Counted from the first letter of the stretch, positions 51,904 through 61,731 are shown. The stretch: DNA of 64,000 nt from Nannocystis sp. (GCF_016714285.1 NZ_JADJNN010000012.1:154040-218039), one strand, 5' to 3'. Notes: a model not told the origin generated them from the sequence alone. Numbers and translations: made by a program.

Positions 51904-53930
51904 CACCCCAGCCCCTCCCGCCGGAGCTCGAGCGCCTGCTCGCTCGCTTCTCTGGCGAGAGCTGGCGCGAGCGCAAGCAGGCCGTCAAGGATCTTCAGGC
52001 CGCGCTCGAGCGCGTCCCCCCGACCCCGGAGGTGCTGGTCGCGCTGCTCGAGCGCCTGCTCGACGGCCTCACCTCGGAGTCCGTCCCGGCCCGCTCGACC
52101 TGCCACGAGATGCTCGTCCACCTCGGCAGCTCCGGCCTCGCCGGCGCGCTGCGACGCCTGCAGGCCGGCGGTCGCGGGGCCCGGATGTACGTCGACCTCC
52201 TGGCCGACATCGGCAAGCCCGAGCACGTCCCGCTGCTCGCCGTGGTCCTGCAGACCGCCACCGACGACAACGTCCGCGCCTCCGCGGCGGCCGCCCTCGG
52301 GGCGATCGGCGGGCCCGCGGCCGAGGCGGCCCTCAAGCAGGCCCTGGCGGACAGCTCCGACATGCTGCAGCTGTTCGCCCTCGACGCGCTGCGCTCGATC
52401 GGCGCCGCCCTCTCGGTCGATCTCCTGCTCCCGCGCATCGACAACGCCGTCACTCGCCGCGCCGCCACCTCGCTGCTCGGCCACAGCGCGACCCCGGAGG
52501 CGCTCGACCTCCTGGTCGCCCTCCTCCGCGACAGCATGGCCGGCGTGCGCGCGGCGGCGGCGGTCGCCCTCGTGACCCTCGACGCCGCCCTCGCCGACCA
52601 GGGCAAGCCCGACGCCGTCGCCGCGGCGCTCGCCGGCAGCATCGACGACGCCGTCCGTCAGCGCCAGCGCGAGCTCGTCGAGCACCGCCAGACGGAGGTC
52701 AAGATCGCCGCGCTCGAGCTGTGCCGCATGACCAAAGATGCAGGTGCCTTGAGACATGTCCTCTCGGCCATGTCGGACCCCGTCGTGCGTGAGCGGGCCG
52801 CCGGCTTCGTCACCGCCCTGGGCGCCGAGGCCGGCCCGGCCCTCATGGCGCTCGCACCGTCGGTCGGCGCGGCGACCCTCGGTGATCTCTTCGTCCTGAT
52901 CGGCGCGCTCGGCCCCGAGGTCGGGCCGTCCGACGGGCCCCTCATCGCCGTCCTCGTCGCCGGCCTCGAGCACCCCGATCCAGCGACCGCCTGCGTCGCC
53001 GCTGGCGCGCTCGGCCGGGTCGGAGACGCCGCCGCCTTCGCGCCTCTGGTCGCGACGCTCGGCGCACCCGACCCGCTCGGAGAGGCCACCGCCGCTGCGC
53101 TCGTCGTCCTCACCGAACGCCACGGCCCCGCCGCACCCGCGGCCGCGGCCCTCCTGCGCGGCGCCACCACGGCCACCGGCACCCGCGCGCGCAACCTCTG
53201 TCGCGTCCTCGGGGCTCTCGGCCGCGGCGGCGACACCCGCTACGTGCCGCCGCTGGTCGCCCTCCTCGGCGCCCCCGAGCCGCTGGTCCGCGTCGCCGCA
53301 GCGCGGGCCCTCGGTCACATCGGTGGTGAGCACGAGGGCGTCACCGCGTTGTGCATGGTCCTCCACGACGGCGACGCCGGCGTGCGCGCGGCGGCCTGCC
53401 GCAGCCTCGGTCAGGTCGGCGCTGGCGCGGCCGTCCAGGCGCTGCTGGGCGCCACCACCGACGACAGCGCCCAGGTCCGCGCCGCCGCCGTGCACGCCCT
53501 CGTCAGCCTCGACAACCCCGTCGCGCTGGCTCGCCTCCGCGAGATCGTGCTCGCCGACAGCTCGCCGAGCGTCGTCATCCCCGCGATCGCCGGCCTCGGT
53601 CGCGGCGGCGGCGACCTCGACCTCACCCTCCTGATGAGCCTGTGCGGCTCCACCGATCACGAGGTCGCCAAGGCCGCCGCCCGCGGACTGGTCCGCTTCA
53701 GCGCCCACCGGGCCACCGCCGCCGTCCTCGGTCTGCTCGCGCACGATCGCTGGGACGTGCGCTGGGCCGCCGCCGAGGTGCTCGCCGAGCGCGGTGACCT
53801 CACCGCGCTCGCGCCGCTGCGACGCGTGCAGGCGCTCGAGCGCGACCCGCTGGTGCGGCAGGTCCTGGCCGGCGCGGTCGCTCGCCTCGAGGGCCTCGCG
53901 GCGGCCAGCGACTCGGAGCTCCCCGCGTGA
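51894..53930 (+). CDS. HEAT-repeat (PBS-lyase-like) protein
   Basis: The start is a GTG. About 15 tandem HEAT/PBS-lyase-type repeats are present (VRAAAAxALGxIG..AxxAL..LLxDxD recurring). It is comparable to the HEAT-repeat partner of CheY in Myxococcus Che7 (Cpc7). Confidence 0.7.
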   Translation: MDLTPQPLPPELERLLARFSGESWRERKQAVKDLQAALERVPPTPEVLVALLERLLDGLTSESVPARSTCHEMLVHLGSSGLAGALRRLQAGGRGARMYVDLLADIGKPEHVPLLAVVLQTATDDNVRASAAAALGAIGGPAAEAALKQALADSSDMLQLFALDALRSIGAALSVDLLLPRIDNAVTRRAATSLLGHSATPEALDLLVALLRDSMAGVRAAAAVALVTLDAALADQGKPDAVAAALAGSIDDAVRQRQRELVEHRQTEVKIAALELCRMTKDAGALRHVLSAMSDPVVRERAAGFVTALGAEAGPALMALAPSVGAATLGDLFVLIGALGPEVGPSDGPLIAVLVAGLEHPDPATACVAAGALGRVGDAAAFAPLVATLGAPDPLGEATAAALVVLTERHGPAAPAAAALLRGATTATGTRARNLCRVLGALGRGGDTRYVPPLVALLGAPEPLVRVAAARALGHIGGEHEGVTALCMVLHDGDAGVRAAACRSLGQVGAGAAVQALLGATTDDSAQVRAAAVHALVSLDNPVALARLREIVLADSSPSVVIPAIAGLGRGGGDLDLTLLMSLCGSTDHEVAKAAARGLVRFSAHRATAAVLGLLAHDRWDVRWAAAEVLAERGDLTALAPLRRVQALERDPLVRQVLAGAVARLEGLAAASDSELPA

Positions 53931-54790
53931 GTGCCCCGCGTCCGCCCCTCGATCGCGGAGCCGTGCGCATCCGGATCTCGCCCGAGGAGACGCGCCTCCT
54001 GCAGGAGCTGATCCTCGAGCACTGCGGCGTCAACCTCGGCGTCGACGCCGGCTTCCTGTTCGAGCGTCGCCTCGGCGTCCGCCTCGAGGCCCTCTCGCTC
54101 GCGTCCTTCCGCGAGTACTTCCATTACCTCAGCTACGACCTCGACGGCCCCGCCGAGCTCGAGGACTGCATCGAGCGCATCACCACCCACGAGACCTACT
54201 TCTTCCGCGAGCAGTTCCAGCTCGACGCCTTCCGCCAGGAGATCATCCCGCAGCTCGTGCATGGCGACGCCGGGGGCCGCGGTCCCGCCGTGTGGAGCGC
54301 CGGCTGCTCGACGGGCGAGGAGGCCTACACGATCGCGATGTTGCTGGCCGAAGCCGCCCCCCAGGCCGCCAGCCTCGTGATCGGCAGCGACATCAGCCGC
54401 AAGGTCCTCGCCACCGCACAGCAGGGCGTCTACGGCCCCGCCAGCTTCCGCACCACCGACGACGCCGTGCGCGATCGTCAGTTCCTCCCCGCCGGCCCCG
54501 GCCTATGGCGCGTGCCCCCATCGATCCGTCGCATGTGCAGCTTCGTCCACCTCAACCTGCTGGAGGTCGCACGCTACGCCACGCTCGGCCGACTCGACGT
54601 GATTTTCTGCCGCAATGTCCTGATCTATTTGTCGGCTCCAGCCCGCCACCGCATCGTCGAGGCGTTCTACGATGCCCTTGTACCGGGCGGCTTCCTTCTC
54701 CTCGGTCACTCCGAGAGCCTGCTCAACGTCACGACCCGCTTCGACCTCGTGCACCTCACCAGCGACCTCGTGTACCGCCGCCCCGCGTGA
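53927..54790 (+). CDS. cheR: chemotaxis protein methyltransferase CheR
   Basis: The start is a GTG. THETYFFRE, ...VWSAGCSTGEEAYTIAMLL... and DVIFCRNVLIY are the CheR SAM-MTase signatures. Confidence 0.8.
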   Translation: MSAPRPPLDRGAVRIRISPEETRLLQELILEHCGVNLGVDAGFLFERRLGVRLEALSLASFREYFHYLSYDLDGPAELEDCIERITTHETYFFREQFQLDAFRQEIIPQLVHGDAGGRGPAVWSAGCSTGEEAYTIAMLLAEAAPQAASLVIGSDISRKVLATAQQGVYGPASFRTTDDAVRDRQFLPAGPGLWRVPPSIRRMCSFVHLNLLEVARYATLGRLDVIFCRNVLIYLSAPARHRIVEAFYDALVPGGFLLLGHSESLLNVTTRFDLVHLTSDLVYRRPA

Positions 54791-54819
54791 GCGGGTCCTC
54801 GCCAACGCCTCTGCTCGCC

Positions 54820-56034
54820 ATGGAAACCCTCGATCCCCCGCTGCGTGCGCCTGGCCAGAAGGTCCGCGTCCTCGTCGTCGACGACTCGGCCTACAACCGG
54901 CAGACGATCAGCGCGATGCTCGAGTCGGACCCCCAGATCGAGGTCATCGGCCGCGCCTCGAACGGCAAGGAGGCGCTGCGTCAGGCCTTCGATCTCCACC
55001 CGGACGCCATCACCCTCGACCTCGAGATGCCGGAGATGGACGGCTTCGCCTTCCTCCGCCTGTTGATGGCCAAGCGACCGGTCCCGGTGATCGTCATCTC
55101 CAGCCACAGTGAGCGCGACAACGTGTTTCGCGCGCTCGAGCTCGGCGCGATGGACTTCATCGCCAAGCCGGGTCGCCACATCGGCCCCGACCTGCGCATG
55201 ATCCAGGACGACCTCGTGCTCAAGATCCGCACGGTCGCCCGCCTCAGCGTCGTGCGCCTGCTGGCCCGCGCCCAGGCGCTCGTCGAGCAGCGCTCCGATC
55301 GCAGCACCGGCGAGCTCCCGGCCTTCGACAGCGGCCGCTACGACGTCGGCGGCGGGACCCAGCCGCCGATGCTCGGGGTCCTCGGCATCGCCGCGTCGAC
55401 CGGCGGACCGCCCGCGATCCAGCAGCTGCTGTGCGCCCTGCCGTCGACCTTGCCGCTGGCGATCGTCATCGCCCAGCACATGCCGGCTCGCTTCACCCGG
55501 GCCTTCGCCGCCCGCCTCGACAAGATCTGCGCGTTCCAGGTGGTCGAGGCCAGCGACGCCCAGGTGCTCAAGGCCGGCACCGTCTACATCGCCCCCGGCG
55601 CCGCCAACCTCGAGGTCGAGTCGTGCAACCCGCCCGGTGCGGCCCGCGTCCGCGTGCGACCACCGCGGCAGGGCGCCGCCATCGTCCCGTCCGGCGACAT
55701 GCTGTTCAAGACCGCCGCCGACGTGTTCGGGCCCCGCTTCTGCGCTCTCGTGCTGACCGGGATGGGCTCCGACGGCCGCGAGGGCGCCGAGCTGGCGCGC
55801 CGCGCCGGTGCCACCGTGCTCGCCGAGGATCCGCGCACCGCCGTCATGCCCGGCATGCCCGGCTCCGCCATCGACGCCGGTGTCGTCGACCAGGTCCTCG
55901 CGCTCGAGGAGCTGCCCGTGGCGATCCAGCGCTTCGCCGACCACTGCCGCGGCCTGGCTGTCAGCTCCGGCGGGCCTGGCGGGCGCCATGACACCGGGCC
56001 TCGCGGCGATTCCGGCAGCTCCAGCGAACGTTGA
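54820..56034 (+). CDS. cheB: protein-glutamate methylesterase CheB
   Basis: The receiver reads VRVLVVDDSAYNRQ...ITLDLEMPEMDG. The methylesterase has ...GIAASTGGP... and ...LTGMGSDG.... The upstream 340 aa of the ORF are junk. Confidence 0.8.
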   Translation: METLDPPLRAPGQKVRVLVVDDSAYNRQTISAMLESDPQIEVIGRASNGKEALRQAFDLHPDAITLDLEMPEMDGFAFLRLLMAKRPVPVIVISSHSERDNVFRALELGAMDFIAKPGRHIGPDLRMIQDDLVLKIRTVARLSVVRLLARAQALVEQRSDRSTGELPAFDSGRYDVGGGTQPPMLGVLGIAASTGGPPAIQQLLCALPSTLPLAIVIAQHMPARFTRAFAARLDKICAFQVVEASDAQVLKAGTVYIAPGAANLEVESCNPPGAARVRVRPPRQGAAIVPSGDMLFKTAADVFGPRFCALVLTGMGSDGREGAELARRAGATVLAEDPRTAVMPGMPGSAIDAGVVDQVLALEELPVAIQRFADHCRGLAVSSGGPGGRHDTGPRGDSGSSSER

Positions 56035-56977
56035 CCGGCTTCATGCTTTTCTGCACCCCGCGCGCCAGGGCCAGGATCGGGCGGCGCTGCGGCGTGATAT
56101 CTTCGCCGAGATGCGCGTGCAGGACACGGGTCAGGGCGATCGGAGCTCCCGGCCCTTGGCTTCTCTCCAAGACTTCTTCGGCCGCGGCGAGGTGTTTGTC
56201 CGCCAGCTCATCGCCGAGAACCAGCGCCTGCGCAGCGAGCTCCACGAGGCCCACCCTGGCCGTGACGACCTCCCCGCGCAGCATTCCGCCTCGATCATCG
56301 AGGACCTCATGGCCCGCGTCGCCGAGCTCGAGGTGGCCGCCGCGGCGACTGAAGCTGCGGACGACGAGGACGACGACGACACCGACACCGACCCGTCCGA
56401 CTCCGCTCGCGTCCTCGGCCTGACCGAGCGCGTCGAGCAGCTCGAGGACGAGAACTACCACCTCGCCTCGATGTACGTCGCCGGCTTGCAGTTCCACTCG
56501 GCGCGCACGCTCGCCGAGGTGCTGCAGACGGTCACGGAGATTCTGCTCAACTTCGTCGGCGTCGGCGCCTTCACCGTCTTCATGCTCGATGAGGAGCGCC
56601 AGATGTTGTTCGCCCTGGTGCGCGAAGGCGGCGACATCGAGGCCTGCGGCGAGGTGCCGGTCCACGGCGAGGCCGGCGCGTTGGGGCCCTTCGCCGCGAT
56701 GATCCAGCGCGCCCGCCCATGGACCCGCGGAGATCCCGCATACGCGGACGACAACGCGATCCTGTATCTTCCCCTGGTCAGCAACCGCCGGCTCGTCGCG
56801 GTGCTGCGCCTGGAGGGCTTCCTGCCCCAGAAGCCAGGCTTCGACGACAACGACTTCAGCTTGCTGTCTATGATCTCCGAACACGCGGGCATCGCCATCG
56901 AGACGGCCTGGATCCGGGCCCACGCGAAGACAGTGCCGCTGCAACGACAGGCCGTGGAGCATCTGGTGGGCGCATGA
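55988..56977 (+). CDS. GAF-domain protein with acidic coiled-coil N-terminus
   Basis: It has a coiled-coil/acidic stretch (EAADDEDDDDTDTD), then a GAF-like region LAEVLQTVTEILLNFVGVGAFTVFMLDEERQMLFAL...LVAVLRLEG. The ATG at 55988 overlaps the cheB 3' end by 47 nt; an alternative start is the ATG at 56111. Confidence 0.55.
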   Translation: MTPGLAAIPAAPANVDRLHAFLHPARQGQDRAALRRDIFAEMRVQDTGQGDRSSRPLASLQDFFGRGEVFVRQLIAENQRLRSELHEAHPGRDDLPAQHSASIIEDLMARVAELEVAAAATEAADDEDDDDTDTDPSDSARVLGLTERVEQLEDENYHLASMYVAGLQFHSARTLAEVLQTVTEILLNFVGVGAFTVFMLDEERQMLFALVREGGDIEACGEVPVHGEAGALGPFAAMIQRARPWTRGDPAYADDNAILYLPLVSNRRLVAVLRLEGFLPQKPGFDDNDFSLLSMISEHAGIAIETAWIRAHAKTVPLQRQAVEHLVGA

Positions 56978-57387
56978 CGCAAGACAGCACAGAGACCACG
57001 AGACGGCTGCAGGCGCTGGTTGTCGAGGACAGCCCGCCGATGCGCAAGATGATCGTGTTCGCCCTGTCGCGGATCAAGGGCCTCGTGGTCGCCGAGGCCG
57101 ATGACGGCGTCGACGCGCTGCGCCGCCTCGCCGGCACCAAGTACGACCTCATCATCACCGACATCAACATGCCGATCCTCGACGGCCTGAAGCTCGTCAA
57201 GCGCCTGCGCGCCGACGAGTCCTACATGCACGTCCCGATCATCATCATCACCACCGAGGGCGCCGCCGAGGACCGCCAGCGGGCGCTGGCGCTCGGCGCC
57301 AACGCGTACATCACCAAGCCGATCCAGGCCCCACAGGTGATCAAGCTGGTGAAGGAGATCCTCGGCATCGTCGACGACCCGCGCTAG
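56974..57387 (+). CDS. cheY: CheY-like single-domain response regulator (second)
   Basis: LQALVVEDSPPMRKM...YDLIITDINMPILDG...IIIITTE...LALGANAYITKP is a canonical receiver. There is an ATGA overlap with the GAF gene. Confidence 0.85.
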   Translation: MTQDSTETTRRLQALVVEDSPPMRKMIVFALSRIKGLVVAEADDGVDALRRLAGTKYDLIITDINMPILDGLKLVKRLRADESYMHVPIIIITTEGAAEDRQRALALGANAYITKPIQAPQVIKLVKEILGIVDDPR

Positions 57388-57415
57388 CGGCTCGTGACTT
57401 GCTCAGGGCTCGACC

Positions 57416-58384
57416 ATGGCTCGCCCCGCGCCCGGTCGCCGCGCTGCCCCGCCTCGCCCCGCACCTGTCTCGAAGGCCAGCCCCGGGGGCCTCGACGGCG
57501 CGATCGACGAGTACCTCATGCACCTCAAGGTCGAGCGGGGCCTGCGGCCCAACTCGCTCACCGCCTACGCCCAGGACCTGCGCGAGCTGGCCGCCTTCCT
57601 GGTCGCTCGCCTCGGTGACCCGGCCCCGCTCGCGCGCGTCGACCCGCCGCTGCTGCTCGCCTACCTGCAGGCGATCGCCCCGAAGCTCAAGGCCCGCAGC
57701 CAGGCCCGCCGCGTCGTCGCCCTGCGCGGCCTGTTCCGCTGGCTGCGCGAGGAGGGGCAGATCGCCGTCGACCCCAGCCAGGGCCTCGCCGCGCCGCGCC
57801 TGGCCCAGAAGCTCCCCGACCTGCTCGGCCGCGACGAGGTCCTGCGCCTGCTCGCCGCGCCCGGTAGCGACGGTCCGCTCGCGCTGCGCGACACGGCCCT
57901 GCTCGAGCTGCTCTACGCCAGCGGCTGCCGCATCTCCGAGGCGCTCGACCTCAGCCTCGATCGCCTCTACCTCGACCAGGCCGTGGTCCGGCTGATCGGC
58001 AAGGGCGACAAGATGCGCCTGTGCCCGATCGGCGGCCCCGCGGTCGCGGCCCTGCACGCCTGGCTGCGCGACGGCCGACCCGCGCTGGCTCGGGGCAAGC
58101 GCCCGAGCCCGCTGGTCTTCCTCAACAAGAGCGGCGCCCGCCTGTCACGCCAGGGCTTCTTCCAGAAGCTGCGCGAGCACGCGATCGCGGCCGGCATCAC
58201 CCGTGACATCTCGCCGCACAAGCTCCGCCACAGCTTCGCCACCCACCTGCTCGAGGGCGGCGCTGACCTGCGCGCCGTGCAGACCCTGCTCGGCCACGCC
58301 GACATCGCCACGACCCAGATCTACACCCACGTCAGCGACGCCCAGCTGCGCAGCGCCCACCGCAAGCACCACCCGCGCGCCTGA
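57416..58384 (+). CDS. xerD: tyrosine recombinase XerC/XerD
   Basis: The N-terminal core-binding domain is present. The catalytic region reads ...[20 protein letters not shown]...[39 protein letters not shown] (R..HxxR..Y). Confidence 0.8.
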   Translation: MARPAPGRRAAPPRPAPVSKASPGGLDGAIDEYLMHLKVERGLRPNSLTAYAQDLRELAAFLVARLGDPAPLARVDPPLLLAYLQAIAPKLKARSQARRVVALRGLFRWLREEGQIAVDPSQGLAAPRLAQKLPDLLGRDEVLRLLAAPGSDGPLALRDTALLELLYASGCRISEALDLSLDRLYLDQAVVRLIGKGDKMRLCPIGGPAVAALHAWLRDGRPALARGKRPSPLVFLNKSGARLSRQGFFQKLREHAIAAGITRDISPHKLRHSFATHLLEGGADLRAVQTLLGHADIATTQIYTHVSDAQLRSAHRKHHPRA

Positions 58385-58394
58385 GCTGCGCGGC

Positions 58395-58410
58395 CTGTCC
58401 CAAGGGACAG
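58395..58410. terminator. hairpin CTGTCCC-aa-GGGACAG downstream of xerD
   Basis: It is the third member of the recurrent hairpin motif, 11 nt after the xerD stop. Confidence 0.35.
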
Positions 58411-58419
58411 ACCGCTGCG

Positions 58420-59259
58420 TCACGGGCAGCGCGGCGCGACGAAGCTGCCCTCGAGCTGCGGCTCGCTGAAGCTGAAGAAGCCGTCGACGTGGCACAGCCG
58501 GCCCGTCACGTTCTGGTCGTCGATCGCCAGGATCTCGAAGGTCGCGCCGAAGCTGCCGCCACCGAACGCGCAGTCGCTGTTGTTGCCGTTGACCGGGCCG
58601 GTCTCGCTGGCGCTGCCGGTCACGTCCTGCCCGAGCAGGTTGAACACGCCGGGCGACTGAAACTCGGGCGGAATGGCGATCGTCACGTCCCAGTGTTCGC
58701 CGCACGGGAGCGACGCCTGCGGGTCGACGCAGCTCGCCTTCTGGTCCGAGAGCCGCACGTACAGCGTGGCCGGGTCCGGCTCGCCGCCGCCGCTGCTGCC
58801 GCTGGTGCCCGTGGGGTTCGGCTGCGGGGGGATCTGCGACTTGAGATACGCGAGGGTCTCGACCCCGGCCAGCGGCGTGGCCATCCCCTCGCACGGCACC
58901 ACGGGCGGCGGATCGCTGGTGTCGCCGGTGTCCAGCGAGGTCTGGCTGGTGGCGACGGTGGTCGCGCTGGTCGCCCCGGTGGTGGCGCTCGCGGTGCCCG
59001 GATCGCTGGTGGCGGTGGTCGTTGTGCCGGTCGCGGAGCCGGCCGATCCGCCGGAGCCGCTGTTGGTGGCCGACGCGGTACCTGGGCTGGTCGGGTCGCT
59101 GGCGCCGGTGGTCAGCTCCTCACCGGTGGTGGTCATGGTGCCGCTCGAGTCACCACCCTCGTCGTTGCCCATCTTGGGGCCGCAGGCGAGGCCAGCGGTG
59201 AGGCCAGTGGCGAGGCTGATGACGACGAGGGCGGGGAGTTTGTCGAGAAATGAAGCCAT
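58420..59259 (-). CDS. secreted lipoprotein with Thr/Ser/Gly-rich linker and Cys-containing C-terminal domain
   Basis: [29 protein letters not shown] has a lipobox. About 100 aa are TSGA-rich. The C-terminal domain has 6 Cys. Confidence 0.5.
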   Translation of the reverse strand: MASFLDKLPALVVISLATGLTAGLACGPKMGNDEGGDSSGTMTTTGEELTTGASDPTSPGTASATNSGSGGSAGSATGTTTTATSDPGTASATTGATSATTVATSQTSLDTGDTSDPPPVVPCEGMATPLAGVETLAYLKSQIPPQPNPTGTSGSSGGGEPDPATLYVRLSDQKASCVDPQASLPCGEHWDVTIAIPPEFQSPGVFNLLGQDVTGSASETGPVNGNNSDCAFGGGSFGATFEILAIDDQNVTGRLCHVDGFFSFSEPQLEGSFVAPRCP

Positions 59260-59296
59260 GGCGCCACGGAATAACATGGTGCCGCGGTATTGCGGT

Positions 59297-59335
59297 CACC
59301 TTCACCTGGCGCCTTCACCTGGCGCCTTCACTTGG
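59297..59335. repeat. 13-bp tandem repeat cttcacctggcgc x about 3
   Basis: caccttcacctggcgccttcacctggcgccttcacttgg lies immediately downstream of the small ORF below. Confidence 0.7.
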
Positions 59336-59459
59336 AGAACGCGCGCCCGAGCTCGCGGCTCAGGCGACCGCTCTGCAGGCGGTTCTCGACCTCACCATAG
59401 GCGGCATAGAGGGCGGGGAGCAGGCTGGCGATGGCGACGACGGTGATGAAGAGAGACAT
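59328..59459 (-). CDS. small hydrophobic ORF (43 aa), possible membrane peptide
   Basis: MSLFITVVAIASLLPALYAAYGEVENRLQSGRLSRELGRAFSK has one predicted TM. GAGGA lies about 12 nt upstream. It is below the ORF-track size cutoff. Confidence 0.3.
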   Translation of the reverse strand: MSLFITVVAIASLLPALYAAYGEVENRLQSGRLSRELGRAFSK

Positions 59460-59699
59460 GGTGGTTGCTTCCTCTGCCGGCCCCATTAGCGAGAAGCATG
59501 CCGGTCGCTTGTAGTACTCAACTATTTGAAATCAATGAATTCATGACACATGTCCGGCCTGGCTCGCGCTGGCAACTCGAGTTTCGTGGCCAGCAGCCCG
59601 AGCAGCCACCCCCGCTTGCGAACCTGGCTCTTGAGGCAGGTCATCAGCGCTTCGTCGCTTCGTTGACGGGCCCGGGCCGCTTCTCTACAGTCCCTCGCC

Positions 59700-60569
59700 G
59701 TGACGAAGACAAGCAGTGGCGTGGGATTGTTCCTGGCGGCGCTCTGCGCCTGTGTCACGCCGCAGGGCGGCACGACGAGCGACGCTGGCAGCAGCAGCGG
59801 CGGCGGCTCGGAGCCGACCACCGACGAGCCGCCCGACAGCGACGCGAGCGGCCCGATCCAGACCGTCACCAGCGACACCGACCCCGACCCGACGGGCTCG
59901 AGCACCGCGACCAGCGACGCCAGCAGCAGCAGCAGCGGCCATGGCGACACCACCACCGGCGACGCCTGCACCGGCATCGTCGACGCGCTCGCGCTGGCGC
60001 TCTCGGCCGACGCGCGCTGCCAGCTGCTGCTCGCCCTCGACGCCGACGCCGGCCTGGTCGGCTGGCACGCCGTCTGCGGCGCGGTCCCCCCGGCGGATGT
60101 CTACGACGCGAAGAGCGCCCTCACGGCGACGGCCTGCTGCGCCGACGGCATGTTCCTCCAGGATGTCAGCCCCTTCGTCGTCTACTTCGCCCCGGCGGAC
60201 CCGGCCGAGGGCGGCGTGGCGATCGTCAGCAACCATCTCGGCGCCGTGGTCTTCGACGCCACCATCGGCATCGCCAATCCCGGGACGATCTCCGTGCCCG
60301 ACACGTGGAGCCCCGTGGACATGCTCGGCGTCGGCGCAGGCTGCTCCGACCAGGGCGTCGATCTCACGGGCCTGCAGAGCTTCCACGCCGGGGACGGCGA
60401 GATACCCGTGGGCTTCGAGGCCAAGGTCGGCGAGGCGATCGACGCGACTGCGCTGCCCGCCGCGCTGGCCGGGGCCGCCACCATCGATCGCGCCGTGCTG
60501 CTCGGCTACGAGGACCACGACAAGGCCCCGAGCAGCTACCTCCTGCTGCTCGAGCTGCGCGCCACCTGA
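59700..60569 (+). CDS. secreted lipoprotein (Thr/Ser/Asp-rich linker and Cys-containing domain)
   Basis: The start is a GTG. LFLAALCACVTPQGG has a lipobox. An acidic S/T linker is followed by a domain with 6 Cys. Confidence 0.5.
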   Translation: MTKTSSGVGLFLAALCACVTPQGGTTSDAGSSSGGGSEPTTDEPPDSDASGPIQTVTSDTDPDPTGSSTATSDASSSSSGHGDTTTGDACTGIVDALALALSADARCQLLLALDADAGLVGWHAVCGAVPPADVYDAKSALTATACCADGMFLQDVSPFVVYFAPADPAEGGVAIVSNHLGAVVFDATIGIANPGTISVPDTWSPVDMLGVGAGCSDQGVDLTGLQSFHAGDGEIPVGFEAKVGEAIDATALPAALAGAATIDRAVLLGYEDHDKAPSSYLLLLELRAT

Positions 60570-60741
60570 CGCGCCAACGAGCCCACCCGAGGCGCCCCTG
60601 AAGCGCCACCTGGGGCGCCAGAGCGTCGGCACTCGCCCCCACCAGGCGAACGTGGACCGGCGCCGGTCTGGGACCCCGCCAGACGCCGATCCCCCGCGCG
60701 CGAAAGCTCCGCCGGGCGCGCATTTCATGTTATGTGGGAGC

Positions 60742-61731
60742 ATGCAAACGCGCCTACTTACGCCATTCCTCGCCGCGCTCACGCTCGCCCCGATCGCCTG
60801 TGGTGACGACAAGGGCGGCTCGACCAGCAGCGAGACGGACGCCGCCGGCTCGACCACCGGCACGAGCCCGGCGACCACCGACGGTCCGACGCCGACGACC
60901 ACCGACGGGCCGACGCCGTCGACCACCGACGAGCCGCCGCCGACCACCACCGTCGATCCAGACCCGACGACCACCGGCGACGGCACCACCGGCGAGCCGG
61001 CCGACTGCGCCGCTCCGGCCGACGCGGCCGACGAGGACGGCGACGGCGTGGCCAACATGGCCGACAACTGCCGCTGCGACGCCAACCCGAACCAGCTCGA
61101 CTTCGACGGCAACTCGGTCGGCAACGTCTGCGACGTCCCGCTCAAGTTCACCATCGCCGACGGCACGCCGCCCGAGTTCAACAAGCTCGACACCACCGCC
61201 GAGGCCGAGAAGACCCTGAAGTGCAACTTCCCGGTGAGCCTCATCGTGCTAAACGGCGACGTGCAGGTGACCCTCGACGACGCCGGCACCGCCAAGATCT
61301 GGGCCGCCAAGCTCAACTTCGCCGACACCCCCGAGCTGACCTGCGACCTGACCCTCGTCAAGGTCAAGCTCAAGATCCAGCAGTTCTTCGCCGACGGCCC
61401 CGACAAATTCGTGGTCGGCTTCCCCTTCACCCTCCCCGATCACGACGCGGGCAGCATCAGCGGCCAGACCGACAGCCCGCAGAGCATCCTCGTCAGCGGC
61501 ATCATCAACGTCACCGAGTCCAACAACGAGGGGCTCGCACCGACCGGCGAGAACCCGCTGGAGATGGTCCCCGGCGCCTTCCCGACCGGCCTCGCCTCGG
61601 TCGTCAACAAGGGCGAGCAGGTGTCGGTGGTCTTCGACGACAGCGACTCCATCGTTTTCATGCAGACCACGATGAGCGGCATCAACATCAAGCTCACCGG
61701 CCTCAAGGGCACCCTGCGCCTCAAGATGTGA
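60742..61731 (+). CDS. secreted lipoprotein with thrombospondin type-3-like calcium-binding repeat
   Basis: MQTRLLTPFLAALTLAPIACGDD has a lipobox. A Thr/Pro linker is followed by DEDGDGVANMADNCRCDANPNQLDFDGNSVGNVCD (the TSP3 pattern D.DGDG..D..DNC...NP.Q.D.D), then a beta-rich C-domain. Confidence 0.55.
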   Translation: MQTRLLTPFLAALTLAPIACGDDKGGSTSSETDAAGSTTGTSPATTDGPTPTTTDGPTPSTTDEPPPTTTVDPDPTTTGDGTTGEPADCAAPADAADEDGDGVANMADNCRCDANPNQLDFDGNSVGNVCDVPLKFTIADGTPPEFNKLDTTAEAEKTLKCNFPVSLIVLNGDVQVTLDDAGTAKIWAAKLNFADTPELTCDLTLVKVKLKIQQFFADGPDKFVVGFPFTLPDHDAGSISGQTDSPQSILVSGIINVTESNNEGLAPTGENPLEMVPGAFPTGLASVVNKGEQVSVVFDDSDSIVFMQTTMSGINIKLTGLKGTLRLKM

